A DNA stretch of 64,000 bases from an uncultured Actinomycetes bacterium (GTDB lineage: Bacteria; Actinomycetota; Thermoleophilia; UBA2241), in contig CAVRZA010000011.1 of assembly GCA_963725665.1 (NCBI GenBank), positions 480,001 to 544,000 of the forward strand, read 5' to 3'. Each line of letters opens with the position of its first letter. Within the stretch, counting starts at the first letter, position 1. The notes beneath the pieces are model-generated. The model was not told the DNA's origin. It searched no databases and saw nothing but the letters and a program-made list of their open reading frames with translations. The translations under genes were made by a program, and so were the position numbers. Positions 9,602-20,257 of the stretch are shown here, piece by piece.

Positions 9602-10354
9602 TCAGTGGAAGTCGAGGACGGTGTCGCCGCGGAGGCCGAGGCGCAGCGTCTCGACCGAGATGACCTCTTCGGGCGGGATGTTCCCCAGGTTCACGTTGCT
9701 GCCGAACTTCTTTATGAACCACGTCTGCTGCGGCCTGTTCGGCGCCTCGAAGAGAAGCTGCTCGGGTGGGATCTGGTGCACGATCTCGTCGACCAGGCCG
9801 CTCTTGACCTCACCGTCCGGGGTGTAGACCCCGACGGTGCCCGACTCGCGCCCCTCGGTGATGACCTTCCAGGCGCCGGCGTCGAGCTCGCGCTTGATCA
9901 AGTCGACCCATCTGTAGGGTGCGAGCACGACCTTGGCGTCCTTGCTGCCCACCTCGGAGAGGACCTTGAAGTCGCGCGCGAGCCGGCGGATCATGCCGAG
10001 CTTCTGCTCCTCTTCCATGGCGATGGTGCCGTCCGAGATCTCCACGTGCCCGACGCCGAGCTCGCTCACTGCGCGCACGTAGTCGTCGACGCGGTTCTGC
10101 CGTAGCGCGACCTCGAAGAGGGTGCCGCCGAAGCACACGGGGATGTCGTGCCTTTGATAGAGGAGGATCTTGTCGCGCAGGTTGTGGGTGATGTAGGAGG
10201 TCCCCCAGCCCAGCTTGACGATATCGACGTATGGCGCCGCGACGGCGACCAGGTCCTCGATCTGCGACGGGCCGAGGCCCTTGTCGAGGATGTGGGTGAG
10301 GCCACTCTCGCGCGGCTTTGCCGTGCGGTCCGGCAGCAAGAGAAAATCGAGCAT
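9602..10354 (-). CDS. comA: Phosphosulfolactate synthase
   Basis: KPR-SGLT, DKG, KLGWGTS, GGTLFE, EVGSK, EGRESG, FEAP, VNLGNI and LRLGLRGDT motifs. Confidence 0.95.
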   Translation of the reverse strand: MLDFLLLPDRTAKPRESGLTHILDKGLGPSQIEDLVAVAAPYVDIVKLGWGTSYITHNLRDKILLYQRHDIPVCFGGTLFEVALRQNRVDDYVRAVSELGVGHVEISDGTIAMEEEQKLGMIRRLARDFKVLSEVGSKDAKVVLAPYRWVDLIKRELDAGAWKVITEGRESGTVGVYTPDGEVKSGLVDEIVHQIPPEQLLFEAPNRPQQTWFIKKFGSNVNLGNIPPEEVISVETLRLGLRGDTVLDFH

Positions 10355-10565
10355 GGACGTCTCCGAGGCGCGGCTTACCGTCTGTAGGCGCCGGCTATCC
10401 TAGCAGATGAGCCCGCGTGGTCGTCCGGGCGAGCGTCGCGTGAACCCAGGGGTCCCTTCATGCGTCTCCCGCGATGAGTGGGGCGGCGGAGCGCGGGCGC
10501 GGGGATTGGCGAGGCGGCGGGCCGCGGTGCCCGTACGGAACGCCAGAACACGATGGAGGCAGACG

Positions 10566-11012
10566 ATGTCAGGCGGCGAGGAGTCAGAGGATCGCAAGCA
10601 CGCCCGCCGGGGCCGGCGGTGGCTCATCGTCGCAGCGCTCGCGGTGCTGGCGGCGAGCGCCCTCGTGGCGCTCGCCGCCTGGCCGCGAAGCGCTGTCCCC
10701 GGCGACTCCGGCGTGAGCGGGCTCGTCCAGTTGGGCCCGCTCACGCCGGTCGAGCAGGTCGCCGGCCCTCCGAATGAGCGACCCTACGAAGCCGCCGTGC
10801 GCGTCGTGCGGGCCGGCTCGGACGACATCGTGGCCTCGGCCCGCTCCGGCGCGAACGGCCGCTTCAGGGTGAACCTCGCGCCCGGCCGATACACGCTGAT
10901 CGCCACGTCGCGCGGGAACGGCAGGCTGCCTTACGCGGCCCCGGTCGACGTCACGGTCCTTGCGCATAACTTCGCCGACGTGACGATCCACTTCGACACC
11001 GGCATCCGCTGA
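10566..11012 (+). CDS. Membrane-anchored protein with carboxypeptidase-regulatory-like domain
   Basis: TM segment, GRFRVNLAPGRYTL, ends DTGIR; GGAGG RBS. Confidence 0.65.
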   Translation: MSGGEESEDRKHARRGRRWLIVAALAVLAASALVALAAWPRSAVPGDSGVSGLVQLGPLTPVEQVAGPPNERPYEAAVRVVRAGSDDIVASARSGANGRFRVNLAPGRYTLIATSRGNGRLPYAAPVDVTVLAHNFADVTIHFDTGIR

Positions 11013-11091
11013 TTCTCCGGTCGTCTAGAATGCTGATGCCGCATCGCGGGGCGGCGCAGAGCATGCGAAAGACGACGCGAAGGAGGCTTCC

Positions 11092-12186
11092 ATGTGCGCG
11101 CGCATCGACAGCACACCGAGCGCCGACGGCTATCGCATGCCGGGCGAGTTCGAACCGCATGTGGGCACCTGGATGCTCTGGCCGCAACGCCCCGACAACT
11201 GGCGCCTCGGCGGCAAGCCCGCACAGCGCGCTTTCGTCGTCGTGGCCAGGGCGATCTCACAGTTCGATCGAGTGACCATGGGCGTCAACCACGAGCAGTT
11301 CGAGAACGCGCGCAACCTCCTGCCGCCGCAGGTGCGCGTGGTCGAGATCTCCAACAACGACGCCTGGATGCGCGACATCGGGCCCAGCTTCGTCGTCGAC
11401 GACAGGGGCGGCGTGCGCGCCGTCGACTGGGTCTTCAACGCCTGGGGCGGTCTCTACGACGGCCTCTACTTCCCCTGGGACAAGGACGACCTGGTGCCGC
11501 GCAAGGTCTGCGAGATCGAAAGGATCGACCGCTACCGCGCCCCCTTCGTGCTCGAGGGCGGATCGATCCACGTCGACGGGGAAGGCACCGTCATCACGAC
11601 CGAGGAGTGCTTGCTCTCGCCGGGGCGCAACCCGAGCATGAGCAAGGACGAGATCGAGACGGGTCTGCGCGACTACCTCAGCGTCGAGAAGGTCGTGTGG
11701 CTCGGCCGGGGCTTCGACCCCGAGGAGACGACGGGGCACGTCGACGACGTCGCCTGCTACGTGCGCCCCGGTGTCGTCGCCATCGCCTGGACGGATGACC
11801 CCGAGGACTGGCGCTACGAGATCATGCGCGACAATCTCGAGCGCCTCGAGCTGGCGACCGACGCCCGCGGGCGGCGCCTGGAGATCGCGAAGCTGCCCTG
11901 CCCGACCGACGTCGTCATCACCGAGGACGAGGCGGCGGGGGTCGACGCAGTGGAAGGGACCATTCCGCGCCGGCCGGGCGACCGCATGCCGGCCACCTAC
12001 ATCAACTTCTACATCTGCAACGGCGGCGTCGTGATGCCGGTGTTCGACGATCCTCAGGATGAGACCGCGCAGGCGGCTTTGCAGCGGCTCTTCCCGGAGC
12101 GCACGGTCGTCACGGTGCCCGGGCGCGAGATCGTGCTCGCTGGCGGCAACGTGCACTGCATCACGCAGCAGCAGCCGCGCGCGTAG
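11092..12186 (+). CDS. aguA: Agmatine deiminase (paralog 1, canonical)
   Basis: [51 protein letters not shown]. Confidence 0.93.
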   Translation: MCARIDSTPSADGYRMPGEFEPHVGTWMLWPQRPDNWRLGGKPAQRAFVVVARAISQFDRVTMGVNHEQFENARNLLPPQVRVVEISNNDAWMRDIGPSFVVDDRGGVRAVDWVFNAWGGLYDGLYFPWDKDDLVPRKVCEIERIDRYRAPFVLEGGSIHVDGEGTVITTEECLLSPGRNPSMSKDEIETGLRDYLSVEKVVWLGRGFDPEETTGHVDDVACYVRPGVVAIAWTDDPEDWRYEIMRDNLERLELATDARGRRLEIAKLPCPTDVVITEDEAAGVDAVEGTIPRRPGDRMPATYINFYICNGGVVMPVFDDPQDETAQAALQRLFPERTVVTVPGREIVLAGGNVHCITQQQPRA

Positions 12187-12226
12187 TGGACCTGAGGGAC
12201 TGCGGCGACGATCGCTTTCGTGCGCC

Positions 12227-13027
12227 ATGAGTGAGCCCTCACGGGGTCTTCCCGTCGCCTCGCCGTGGTTCTCGGCCCGGCGTCTGCCCGGAGGCGTCAC
12301 GCCGCTGACCGAGCCCCACGTCCACGAGCTCCTGCGCGCCAACATCTGGCTCGTCGAGGGGCGCGAGCGCGATCTGGTCGTCGACGCCGGCAACGGCGTC
12401 GGCGACCTCCCGGCCGCGCTCGCGCCCCTCCGCTCGCACCCCGACAAGCCTCTGGTCGCGGTGCTCACGCACGCGCATCCCGATCATCAAGGAGACTTCT
12501 GGCGGTTCGAGGAGCGCCTGGCCCATCCTCTCGAGGCCAGCGAGCTCCAGCACCCCTCGATCGTGCGCACGCTGCTCGGCGCGGGCTATCCCCGGGAGGT
12601 GCACGACACCATGGCCGACGAGGGCCTCGCCCTGCCGGAGACCCTTGTCGACGCCGTGCCGTGGGCGGGGTTCGATCCCGCTTCGTTCACCCTCAAGACC
12701 TGCTCACCGACGAGTCTCATCGAGGAAGGCGACATCGTCGACCTGGGCGACAGGCGCTTGCGCGTCCTTCACCTGCCGGGCCACTCACCGGGTGGCGTCG
12801 GCCTCTTCGAGGAGGCGAGCGGTGTGCTGTTCTCGGGAGATGTCCTCTACGATGGGACGCTTCTCGACGATCTGCCCGGGGCGAACGTGCCGGACTACGT
12901 GCGCACGATGCGGCGGCTGCGCGAGCTTGCGGTCGTGACCGTGCATGCCGGCCACGAGGACAGCATCGGCCGGGTGCGGCTGATCGAGATCGCCGACGAC
13001 TACGTCACGAGGCGGGCGGCCGACTGA
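12227..13027 (+). CDS. MBL-fold metallo-hydrolase
   Basis: THAHPDH, PGHSPG, FSGD and AGH motifs. Confidence 0.88.
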   Translation: MSEPSRGLPVASPWFSARRLPGGVTPLTEPHVHELLRANIWLVEGRERDLVVDAGNGVGDLPAALAPLRSHPDKPLVAVLTHAHPDHQGDFWRFEERLAHPLEASELQHPSIVRTLLGAGYPREVHDTMADEGLALPETLVDAVPWAGFDPASFTLKTCSPTSLIEEGDIVDLGDRRLRVLHLPGHSPGGVGLFEEASGVLFSGDVLYDGTLLDDLPGANVPDYVRTMRRLRELAVVTVHAGHEDSIGRVRLIEIADDYVTRRAAD

Positions 13028-14081
13028 CTCGACCCACCGCCGGCACCTGCTGGGTGATGCAGTGGATGCCGCCGCCGCCGTAGCCGAGGACGGGGGTCGG
13101 CACACCGACGACCTCGCGATCGGGCGCGTTGCGGCGGAGCTCCTCGAGCGCTTCCAGGTCGGCTCCCGTCCCTCCCGTCGGGACGACCAGCGCCCCGTTG
13201 GCCTGGTAGAAGTTCATGTAGTCGGCGCCGATGCTCCTGCCCGCGACCGCGACCGCTCGCCCGGGCCGATCGAACTCGACGACCGCGAGCGGTCGGCCCC
13301 GCGCGTCGGTCGTCTCCAGCCGACGTCTGTTCTCCTGAAAGTTGTCGTAGTCGGGGTGCTCTCGGTCGTGGACCATCTGCAGTACGACGCGCGCGGGGCC
13401 GACGAAGGCGGCCACGCCGTCGACGTGGCCGTCCGTGTCGGGGTCGTACTCGGGTCCGTATCCCGACTTGAGCCAGACGACCTTCTCCACGCCGAGGAAG
13501 TCCTTGAGGCCCTGCTCGATCTGGTCCTTCGAGAGCTGTGGGTTGCGATTCGGGTTGAGCAGGCAGCTTTCGGTGGTGATGAGAGTCCCCTCCCCGTCGA
13601 CGGTGATCGCGCCGCCCTCGAGCACGAGCGGCGCGGCGTACCGCCGCACCCCGAGATGCTCGCAGAGACGGGAGCCGATCTCGGCGTCCTTCCCGTAGGG
13701 GAGGTACCTCTCGCCCCAGGAGTTGAAGAGGAAGTCGGCCGCGGCGAGCGCGCCCTCGGGGCCGAGGAGGAAGATGGGGCCGCTGTCGCGGGCCCAGGAG
13801 TCGTCGATGGGCAGCTCGACGACCTCGATGTTGTCGGAACCGCAGTAGGCGCGCGCGTCGCCGCCTTCGCCGCTGTCGGCGATCACCAGCACCGGCTCGA
13901 AGGCGGCGATGGCGCGCGCCACAGCGGCGTACGTCGCCTGAGCGAGCATGTAGTAGTCACCCCAGTACGCCCGCGAGCGCGTCGGCCAGCAGATCAGGCA
14001 ACGCTCGTGTGGCTCGAACTCCGCGGGCATCCGGAACCCGTCGCGAGCGGGTGAGCCCATCGTGGCCGCCTTCTCGCGCAT
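13005..14081 (-). CDS. Agmatine deiminase family (paralog 2)
   Basis: RMPAEF, DSWARD, DTDGHVD, GGGGIHCITQQ. Confidence 0.9.
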   Translation of the reverse strand: MREKAATMGSPARDGFRMPAEFEPHERCLICWPTRSRAYWGDYYMLAQATYAAVARAIAAFEPVLVIADSGEGGDARAYCGSDNIEVVELPIDDSWARDSGPIFLLGPEGALAAADFLFNSWGERYLPYGKDAEIGSRLCEHLGVRRYAAPLVLEGGAITVDGEGTLITTESCLLNPNRNPQLSKDQIEQGLKDFLGVEKVVWLKSGYGPEYDPDTDGHVDGVAAFVGPARVVLQMVHDREHPDYDNFQENRRRLETTDARGRPLAVVEFDRPGRAVAVAGRSIGADYMNFYQANGALVVPTGGTGADLEALEELRRNAPDREVVGVPTPVLGYGGGGIHCITQQVPAVGRVSRPPAS

Positions 14082-14276
14082 CGCGTCTCCCCCGTTCATC
14101 GCAACTCCCGCGATCATGTCTACCCACTTGCTTGCGCCGACGCGAGACCTGCGGCACCCGTCGTGCCGTCTCCCGGCGGCACAAGAGCGGGATCGGCAAC
14201 CAGTCTGCGCGTTGCGCCATGCCCTGTACGGCACGGCGCACACCACCTGGGGCGGAGCGCCTGTGCGGCGCCGTCC

Positions 14277-14330
14277 TTGACACCTCCCACCGGCGCGATA
14301 CTATGCGTCTTCAATTAATCAAGCAATTAA
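14277..14330 (+). promoter_or_regulatory. Sigma70-type promoter plus AT-rich operator-like site for the ABC operon
   Basis: TTGACA 14277, TACTAT 14299 (16 bp spacer); TTAAT-caagca-ATTAA at 14315-14330. Confidence 0.6.
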
Positions 14331-14484
14331 GCCGCACGCTGCCGGCGGAGACGGGGGGAGTCTCGAGGGTGGGTCGCGCACAGGGGTTTGGAGCGCATCC
14401 CGCTGGAGCCGCCGGGCGTGTTGCACGCGTAGCGCTACCGTGCTGGACACCGACGCATGAGGCAAGGCGAAGAAGGGGGTCACG

Positions 14485-16134
14485 ATGGGGTCACCGTCAC
14501 GCGGAACACACGGAAGAGACGCGCGCCTGAGCCGGCCGCGACGGGTCGGGGCGGCCGTGGCGGTCGCGCTCGTCGCCGTCGTGCTCGGTTCGATCCTGGC
14601 GTCGTGCGGCGGCGGCGGCACGAGCAGCTCCCCGGGCGCCGGCACCGGCAGCGCCATCTTGCGCCTCGCCTCGTGGATGACCCTCACGACGTGGGACCCG
14701 CGCGCCAGCGCGGCCGATGAGCCACTCTATCTCGCGAACGTGTACGAGCCGCTGGTCTACGCCAACCCACCGGGCAGCGCCGAGCCCTTCACGCCCTGCC
14801 TGGCCACCTCCTGGAAGGTCTCGAAGGATGGGCTCACGTGGACGTTCCACCTGCGTCAGGGGGTCACGTTCCACGATGGCACACCTTTTACCTCGGCGGC
14901 CGTGAAGTACTCGCTCGAGGCTACGAAGAAGCTGGGCCTGGGGGCCGCGTACATGTGGTTCCCGATCACGAAGATCGCCACCCCCGACGACTACACGGTG
15001 AAGATCACCACCGAGTACGCGGCTCCGATCGATCGCTGTGCCAGCGCCATGTACGGCGCCTGGATCTTCAGCCCCAAGACGAAGGGCAAGAGTCAGAAGT
15101 GGTGGGATGCGCCCCACGAGGCCGGGACCGGCCCCTACACCCTCGTCTCCTACAAGCCCAACGAGGAGCTTGTCTTCCAGCGCTACACCGACTACTGGGG
15201 CGGCTGGAAACCGGGGCAGTTCCAGCAGGTGGTCGTGAAGCAGGTCGCCGAGTCGGCGACGCAGCGGCAGATGCTCGAGGCGGGCGAGGTCGACTTCGCC
15301 GACGGCCTCTCGCGCGACAGCGTGCCGGCGCTCGAGAACAACCCCGCCGTGAAGATCGTCAAGGAGCACAGCATCCAGAACGAGGTGCTGATGTTCAACA
15401 CGCAGCGCAAGCCCCTCGGCGACGTGAGGGTGCGCCAAGCTCTCTCCTACGCCCTTCCCTATGAGGACATCCTGCAGGCGGCGACCAACGGCTACGGTGA
15501 GGTCTCGCAAGGGCCCATCCCGCGCGACCTCTACCCGCACGACGCGAGCGTGGGCCAGTACACCTACGACCTGGCCAAGGCGAAGCAACTCCTTGCCGAC
15601 GCGGGCTATGCGGACGGCGGCTTCAAGCTCCAGATGACGTACGCCTCAGACGACGCCTACGGCTCGAAGTTCGCGCCCCTCGTGAAGGAGGCGCTGGCCA
15701 AGGTGGGGGTGTCCGTCGATCTGCAGCCGCTGCTCTTCGAGCAGCAGTGGGCCAAGGCGAAGGGGCCGGCCAAAGACCGCCAGGACCTCTTCGAGCTCGT
15801 TTGGTGGACCGGCTTCCCCGACGGCTACGACACGCTCTACTCGCTCTTCCACACCGAGGCCGACCCTTCGCAGCCCGTGTGGAACATGTCCTATTGGTCG
15901 AACAAGGACTACGACACGACGATCGACACCGCGTTCAGCGACGAGCCGACCGACGCCGCCAAGGCGCAGGATCTCTACAACCAGGCGCAGCAGATGCTCT
16001 ACGAGCAGGCGCCGGCGGCCTACCTGTTCGATCCCGACATGGTGTACGGCCTGAACCCGAGCCTGACGTTGCAGGCCAATGCCTTGAACGTCAACTACAC
16101 CTCGGTGTTCTTCTGGTATCAGGTCTCACTGTGA
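14485..16134 (+). CDS. ABC transporter substrate-binding lipoprotein (DppA/OppA family 5)
   Basis: Lipobox LASC; SKDGLTWTFHLRQGVTFHDG, GTGPY and DVRVRQALSYA motifs. Confidence 0.92.
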   Translation: MGSPSRGTHGRDARLSRPRRVGAAVAVALVAVVLGSILASCGGGGTSSSPGAGTGSAILRLASWMTLTTWDPRASAADEPLYLANVYEPLVYANPPGSAEPFTPCLATSWKVSKDGLTWTFHLRQGVTFHDGTPFTSAAVKYSLEATKKLGLGAAYMWFPITKIATPDDYTVKITTEYAAPIDRCASAMYGAWIFSPKTKGKSQKWWDAPHEAGTGPYTLVSYKPNEELVFQRYTDYWGGWKPGQFQQVVVKQVAESATQRQMLEAGEVDFADGLSRDSVPALENNPAVKIVKEHSIQNEVLMFNTQRKPLGDVRVRQALSYALPYEDILQAATNGYGEVSQGPIPRDLYPHDASVGQYTYDLAKAKQLLADAGYADGGFKLQMTYASDDAYGSKFAPLVKEALAKVGVSVDLQPLLFEQQWAKAKGPAKDRQDLFELVWWTGFPDGYDTLYSLFHTEADPSQPVWNMSYWSNKDYDTTIDTAFSDEPTDAAKAQDLYNQAQQMLYEQAPAAYLFDPDMVYGLNPSLTLQANALNVNYTSVFFWYQVSL

Positions 16135-16178
16135 GGCAGTGAGACCGAGCCGCACAGCGAGGCAGGAGTCGGCGATGA

Positions 16179-16237
16179 CGGGCGGAGGGCGGCGGGTCGC
16201 GGGCCGGAGAGGCCCGCGACCCGCCGCCCTCCGCCCG
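16179..16237 (+). repeat. Perfect 27-bp inverted repeat after the binding-protein gene
   Basis: CGGGCGGAGGGCGGCGGGTCGCGGGCC-ggaga-GGCCCGCGACCCGCCGCCCTCCGCCCG. Confidence 0.85.
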
Positions 16238-16293
16238 CTCCCCCGCGGGACGCCGAGCGTCCGGGCCTGGGGGATGCGTGAGGTGACGCAGGG

Positions 16294-17318
16294 GTGAGCA
16301 TCCGCACCTATCTCGTTCGGCGCCTCGCGCTGCTCGTGCTGGTGCTGGTGGGCATCTCGCTCATCACCTTCTTGCTCGTGCGCGTGGTGCCCTCAGACCC
16401 GGCGGCCATCTACGCCGGCCCGCGCGCCCGCGCCGAGCAGATCGCGCAGGCGCGCCACATCCTCGGCCTCGACCGTCCGCTCTACGCAGCAGTACGGCAT
16501 CTACGTGCGCGACCTCACGCAGGGCGACTGGGGCACGTCGCTGCGCACCCGGCGACCGGTGCTCGGCGACATCCTGCACTTCCTGCCCTACTCGCTGCAG
16601 CTGATCTTCTTCTCTCTCCTCATCTCGGTGACCCTGGGCATCACCCTGGGAGCGCTCACGGCGCACATGAAGGGGAGATGGGTCGACCACGTGACGCGCG
16701 TCTTCGCCATCGGCGGCGTCTCGCTGCCCACCTTCTTCCTCGCCATCGTGCTGCAGATCATCTTCTTCCGCATGCTGGGGCTGCTGCCGGTCTCGGGCGA
16801 GCTCGACATCGCCGTCGCCCAGGCGCACCCGGTGACGCAGATAACCGGCATGACGGCGGTCGATGCCCTGATCACCGGCAACTTCGTGGCCTTCTTCAAC
16901 GCCATGCAGCATCTCATCCTGCCGGCGACTCACCCTGGCCGCCTTCTCGACCGGCGTCATCACCAGGATGACGCGCTCGGCGATGCTCGAGTCGATGGGC
17001 GCCGACTACATCCGCATGGCCAAGGCGATGGGCGTCTCGACGCGCTTCATCGTGCTGCGCTACGCGCTCAAGAACGCCATGGCGCCGGTGCTGACCGTCA
17101 TCGGCCTCGAGTTCGCCTACCTGCTCGTGGGCACGTTCTTCGTCGAGCGCATCTTCGCCCTGCCCGGTCTGGGGACGTACGCCACGACCTCGATGCTGAG
17201 CCTGGACTACCCGGCCATCATGGGCATCACCATCCTGCTCGCCCTGATCTACGTCGGTGTCAACCTCGTCGTCGACCTCGTGATCGCCAGGCTCGATCCC
17301 CGGGTCGTCCTGAGCTAG
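16294..17318 (+). CDS. ABC permease, DppB-like (two +1 frameshifts near 16487 and 16928, probably sequencing errors)
   Basis: Three consecutive frames join into LGLDRPLY / QGDWGTS / TRSAMLE...DYIRMAKAMG...DPRV. Confidence 0.8.
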
Positions 17319-17327
17319 GAGGAGGGA

Positions 17328-18252
17328 GTGGCTACACCGGCACCGGTCAGCGCCGGCTCCACGGGCGTCTTCGCCGACTGGCGCGCCCGGCACGCGTCGT
17401 CACTCGCCGAGACGCGCCACAACGGGCGCGTGTTCTTGCGCGACAAGCTGGCCGTTATCGGCGTGGCTTGGATCGTCTTCATGATCGTCGTCGCGGTAGG
17501 GGCGCCCTGGATCGCGCCCTACCCCGACGAGGGCCGCGGCGCCTCGCACCTCGCCAGTCGCTTTCGAAGCGCCCAGCGCACAACACTGGTTCGGCACCGA
17601 CAACCTCGGCCGTGATGTGCTTTCCCGGGTCATCTTCGGCGCCCGCATACCGCTCATGATCTCGGCGGCGGTGGCCGCCGCCGTGCTGCTCATCGGCCCC
17701 CTGCTCGGGGCGCTGGCCGGCTACTTCGGCGGCTGGCCCGACGAGATCATCATGCGCGTCACCGACATCTTCTTGGCCTTCCCCGCCATCGTCCTCGCCA
17801 TGGCTTTCGTGGCCATCCTGGGCCCCAACTTGCGCAACCTGGCGATCGCCATCACCGTCACCTGGTGGCCGTGGTACACGCGCCTGGTGCGCGGCATGGC
17901 GGTCTCGCTGCGCGAGCGCCCCTACGTGGAAGCCGCCAAGACGATGGGCGTCAGGGATCCGGTCATCGTGCTGCGCCACATCCTGCCCAACGCCTTCGGT
18001 CCCGTCGTGGTGCAGATCACCCTCGACATCGGCACGGTGATCCTCGAGGTGGCCGGCCTCTCCTTCCTCGGCCTGGGCGCCAAACCGCCGACGCCCGAGT
18101 GGGGCCTCATGGTGAGCGAGGGCGTCGAGTACATCCTCGAGCAGTGGTGGATCAGCGTCTTTCCCGGGCTGGCCATCTTCCTGCTCGTGCTGGCCTTCAA
18201 TCTGGTCGGCGACGGCCTGCGCGACGTCCTCGACCCGCGCTCCAAGCGGTGA
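17328..18252 (+). CDS. ABC permease, DppC-like (one +1 frameshift near 17563)
   Basis: HWFGTDNLGRD, YVEAAKTMG, HILPN, PEWG, GDGLRDVLDPR. Confidence 0.82.
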
Positions 18253-18258
18253 GCGCGA

Positions 18259-19259
18259 GTGAGCGACCTGCTCGAGATCAGGGACCTGCATCTGCAGTTC
18301 AACAGCCTGCGCGGCACCGTGAAGGCGCTCGACGGCGTCAACCTCACAGTGCGCGAGGGCGAGATCATCGGTCTCGTCGGCGAGTCGGGCTGCGGCAAGA
18401 CCGTCACGGGGCTCTCTGTGCTGCGCCTGGTCGAGGGCTCGCAGGCGCAGGTCACGGGCGGTGCCATCCTGCTGCGCGGCGACGATCTCCTGGCAAAGAG
18501 CGAGCGCGAGATGGTGCAAGCTGCGCGGCCGCCTGGTGGCGATGGTCTTCCAGGACCCGCTGGCCTCCTTGAACCCGGTGTTCACCGTCGGCGCGCAGAT
18601 CGCGCGCGTCGTGCTGCAGCACAAGGGCGTCTCGGGCAAGGAGGCGCGCGAGGCGGCGCGCCGGGCACTGGCCACGGCCGGCCTGCCGCCCGACGATGAG
18701 ATCCTCGATAGCTACCCGCACCAGCTCTCCGGCGGCATGCGCCAGCGCGCCTGCATGGCCATGGCGCTCTCCTGCGATGCGCCGCTGCTCATCGCCGACG
18801 AGCCGACGACCGCCCTCGACGTGACGATCCAGGCGCAGATCCTGCGCCTGCTCCTCGACCTGCGCGAGCGGCTCGGCGTCGCCCAGGTGCTGATCACGCA
18901 CAACGTCGGGGTGGCGGCGCAGACCTGTGACCGCATCGCCGTCATGTACGCCGGCTCGATCGTCGAGCAGGGTACGGCGGCAGAGGTGCTCAAGCGGGCC
19001 CGGCATCCGTACACCATGGCCCTGTACGAGTGCCTGCCGCACGGCAAGTCGGCGGCCGAGCTGCACACCATCCCGGGCTCGGTCCCCGACCTGATCGACC
19101 CACCGAGCGGCTGTCGCTTTCACCCCCGCTGCGCTCGTGCGCTGGAGATCTGCGTCGACCGTGAAGCCTGAACCCACGCCGATAACGGGCGAGCACTGGG
19201 TGGCCTGTCACTGGGCCGCGGAGCAGCTGGCCGCGGGGAGGGAGACGTGGCCGTCGTGA
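18259..19259 (+). CDS. ABC ATPase, DppD-like (+1 frameshifts near 18517 and 19160)
   Basis: [38 protein letters not shown]. Confidence 0.82.
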
Positions 19260-20257
19260 CGCCGCTCCTGCAGGTTGACGATCTCACGGTCCACTTCCGC
19301 GTGAAGAAGGGTCTGTCGAAGAGGTCGGCCGATGTCGTGCACGCCGCCGACGGCGTGTCGTTCGCTATCGAGGAGGGCGAGACCCTGGCGCTGGTGGGCG
19401 AGTCGGGCTCGGGCAAGACAACCGTCGCGCGGGCCATCCTGCGGCTGAACAAGCCGACCGGGGGCGGCATCGTCTTCGGCGGCCGCGACCTGGCGTCGCT
19501 GAAGCGCGGCGAGCGCCGCGGCGTGATGCGCGAGGCGCAGGTCGTCTTTCAGGATCCGTACTCCTCGCTGTCCCCGAGGATGACGGTGCACGACATCGTC
19601 GCCGAGCCGCTGCGCGCCCACGGCCACATGCGCGCGCAGGAGCTGGAGCAGCGTGTCCTGGCGTTGCTCGAGATGGTCGGCCTCGGCACGCAGCACCTCT
19701 GGCGCCGTCCGCACGAGTTCTCCGGCGGCCAGTGCCAGCGCATCGCCATCGCGCGTGCCCTGGCGCTGGAGCCCAAGCTGCTCATCCTCGACGAACCGAC
19801 CTCGGCGCTCGACGTCTCGGTCCAGGCGCGCATCCTCGTGCTGCTCGAGGAGATCCAGCAGCGTCTGGGACTCGCGTACCTGTTCATCGCCCACGACCTG
19901 GCCGTTGTGGAGGCGGTGGCCGACCGCGTGGCCGTCATGTACCTGGGTCGCCTCGTCGAGACGGGCCCCGCCAAGGCGGTGCTGCGCAGGCCGCGGCACC
20001 CCTATACCGTCGCGCTGCTGGGCAGCGTGCCCTCGCCCGACCCTGAGGAGCGCAGTGAGATGAAGGTGATCGGGGGAGAGGTGCCCAGCGCGGTGCGCGT
20101 GCCGTCCGGCTGCCGTTTTCACCCACGCTGCCCGTTCCGGATGGAGGTCTGCGACCGCGCGCAGCCGGAGCTGCACGCGTCTGCAGACGACCATCTGGTC
20201 GCCTGTCACCTGCCCGATGACTTCGACGTGACCGGAGAAGGAGGCGTGACGCCATGA
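19247..20257 (+). CDS. ABC ATPase, DppF/OppF-like
   Basis: [32 protein letters not shown]. Confidence 0.92.
   Translation: MAVVTPLLQVDDLTVHFRVKKGLSKRSADVVHAADGVSFAIEEGETLALVGESGSGKTTVARAILRLNKPTGGGIVFGGRDLASLKRGERRGVMREAQVVFQDPYSSLSPRMTVHDIVAEPLRAHGHMRAQELEQRVLALLEMVGLGTQHLWRRPHEFSGGQCQRIAIARALALEPKLLILDEPTSALDVSVQARILVLLEEIQQRLGLAYLFIAHDLAVVEAVADRVAVMYLGRLVETGPAKAVLRRPRHPYTVALLGSVPSPDPEERSEMKVIGGEVPSAVRVPSGCRFHPRCPFRMEVCDRAQPELHASADDHLVACHLPDDFDVTGEGGVTP

Noticed and set aside
9602-10354. Coenzyme M biosynthesis / methanogenesis
   Set aside because: No comC/D/E in the window; comA occurs in many bacteria that only make sulfolactate
16294-19259. Frameshifts in dppB/C/D-like genes as pseudogenisation or programmed frameshifting
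   Set aside because: Each is fixed by removing one base, no premature stops or decay otherwise, no slippery motifs; the same +1 pattern hits lpdA, a SnoaL gene and selA, which points to sequencing insertion errors. Needs a read check.
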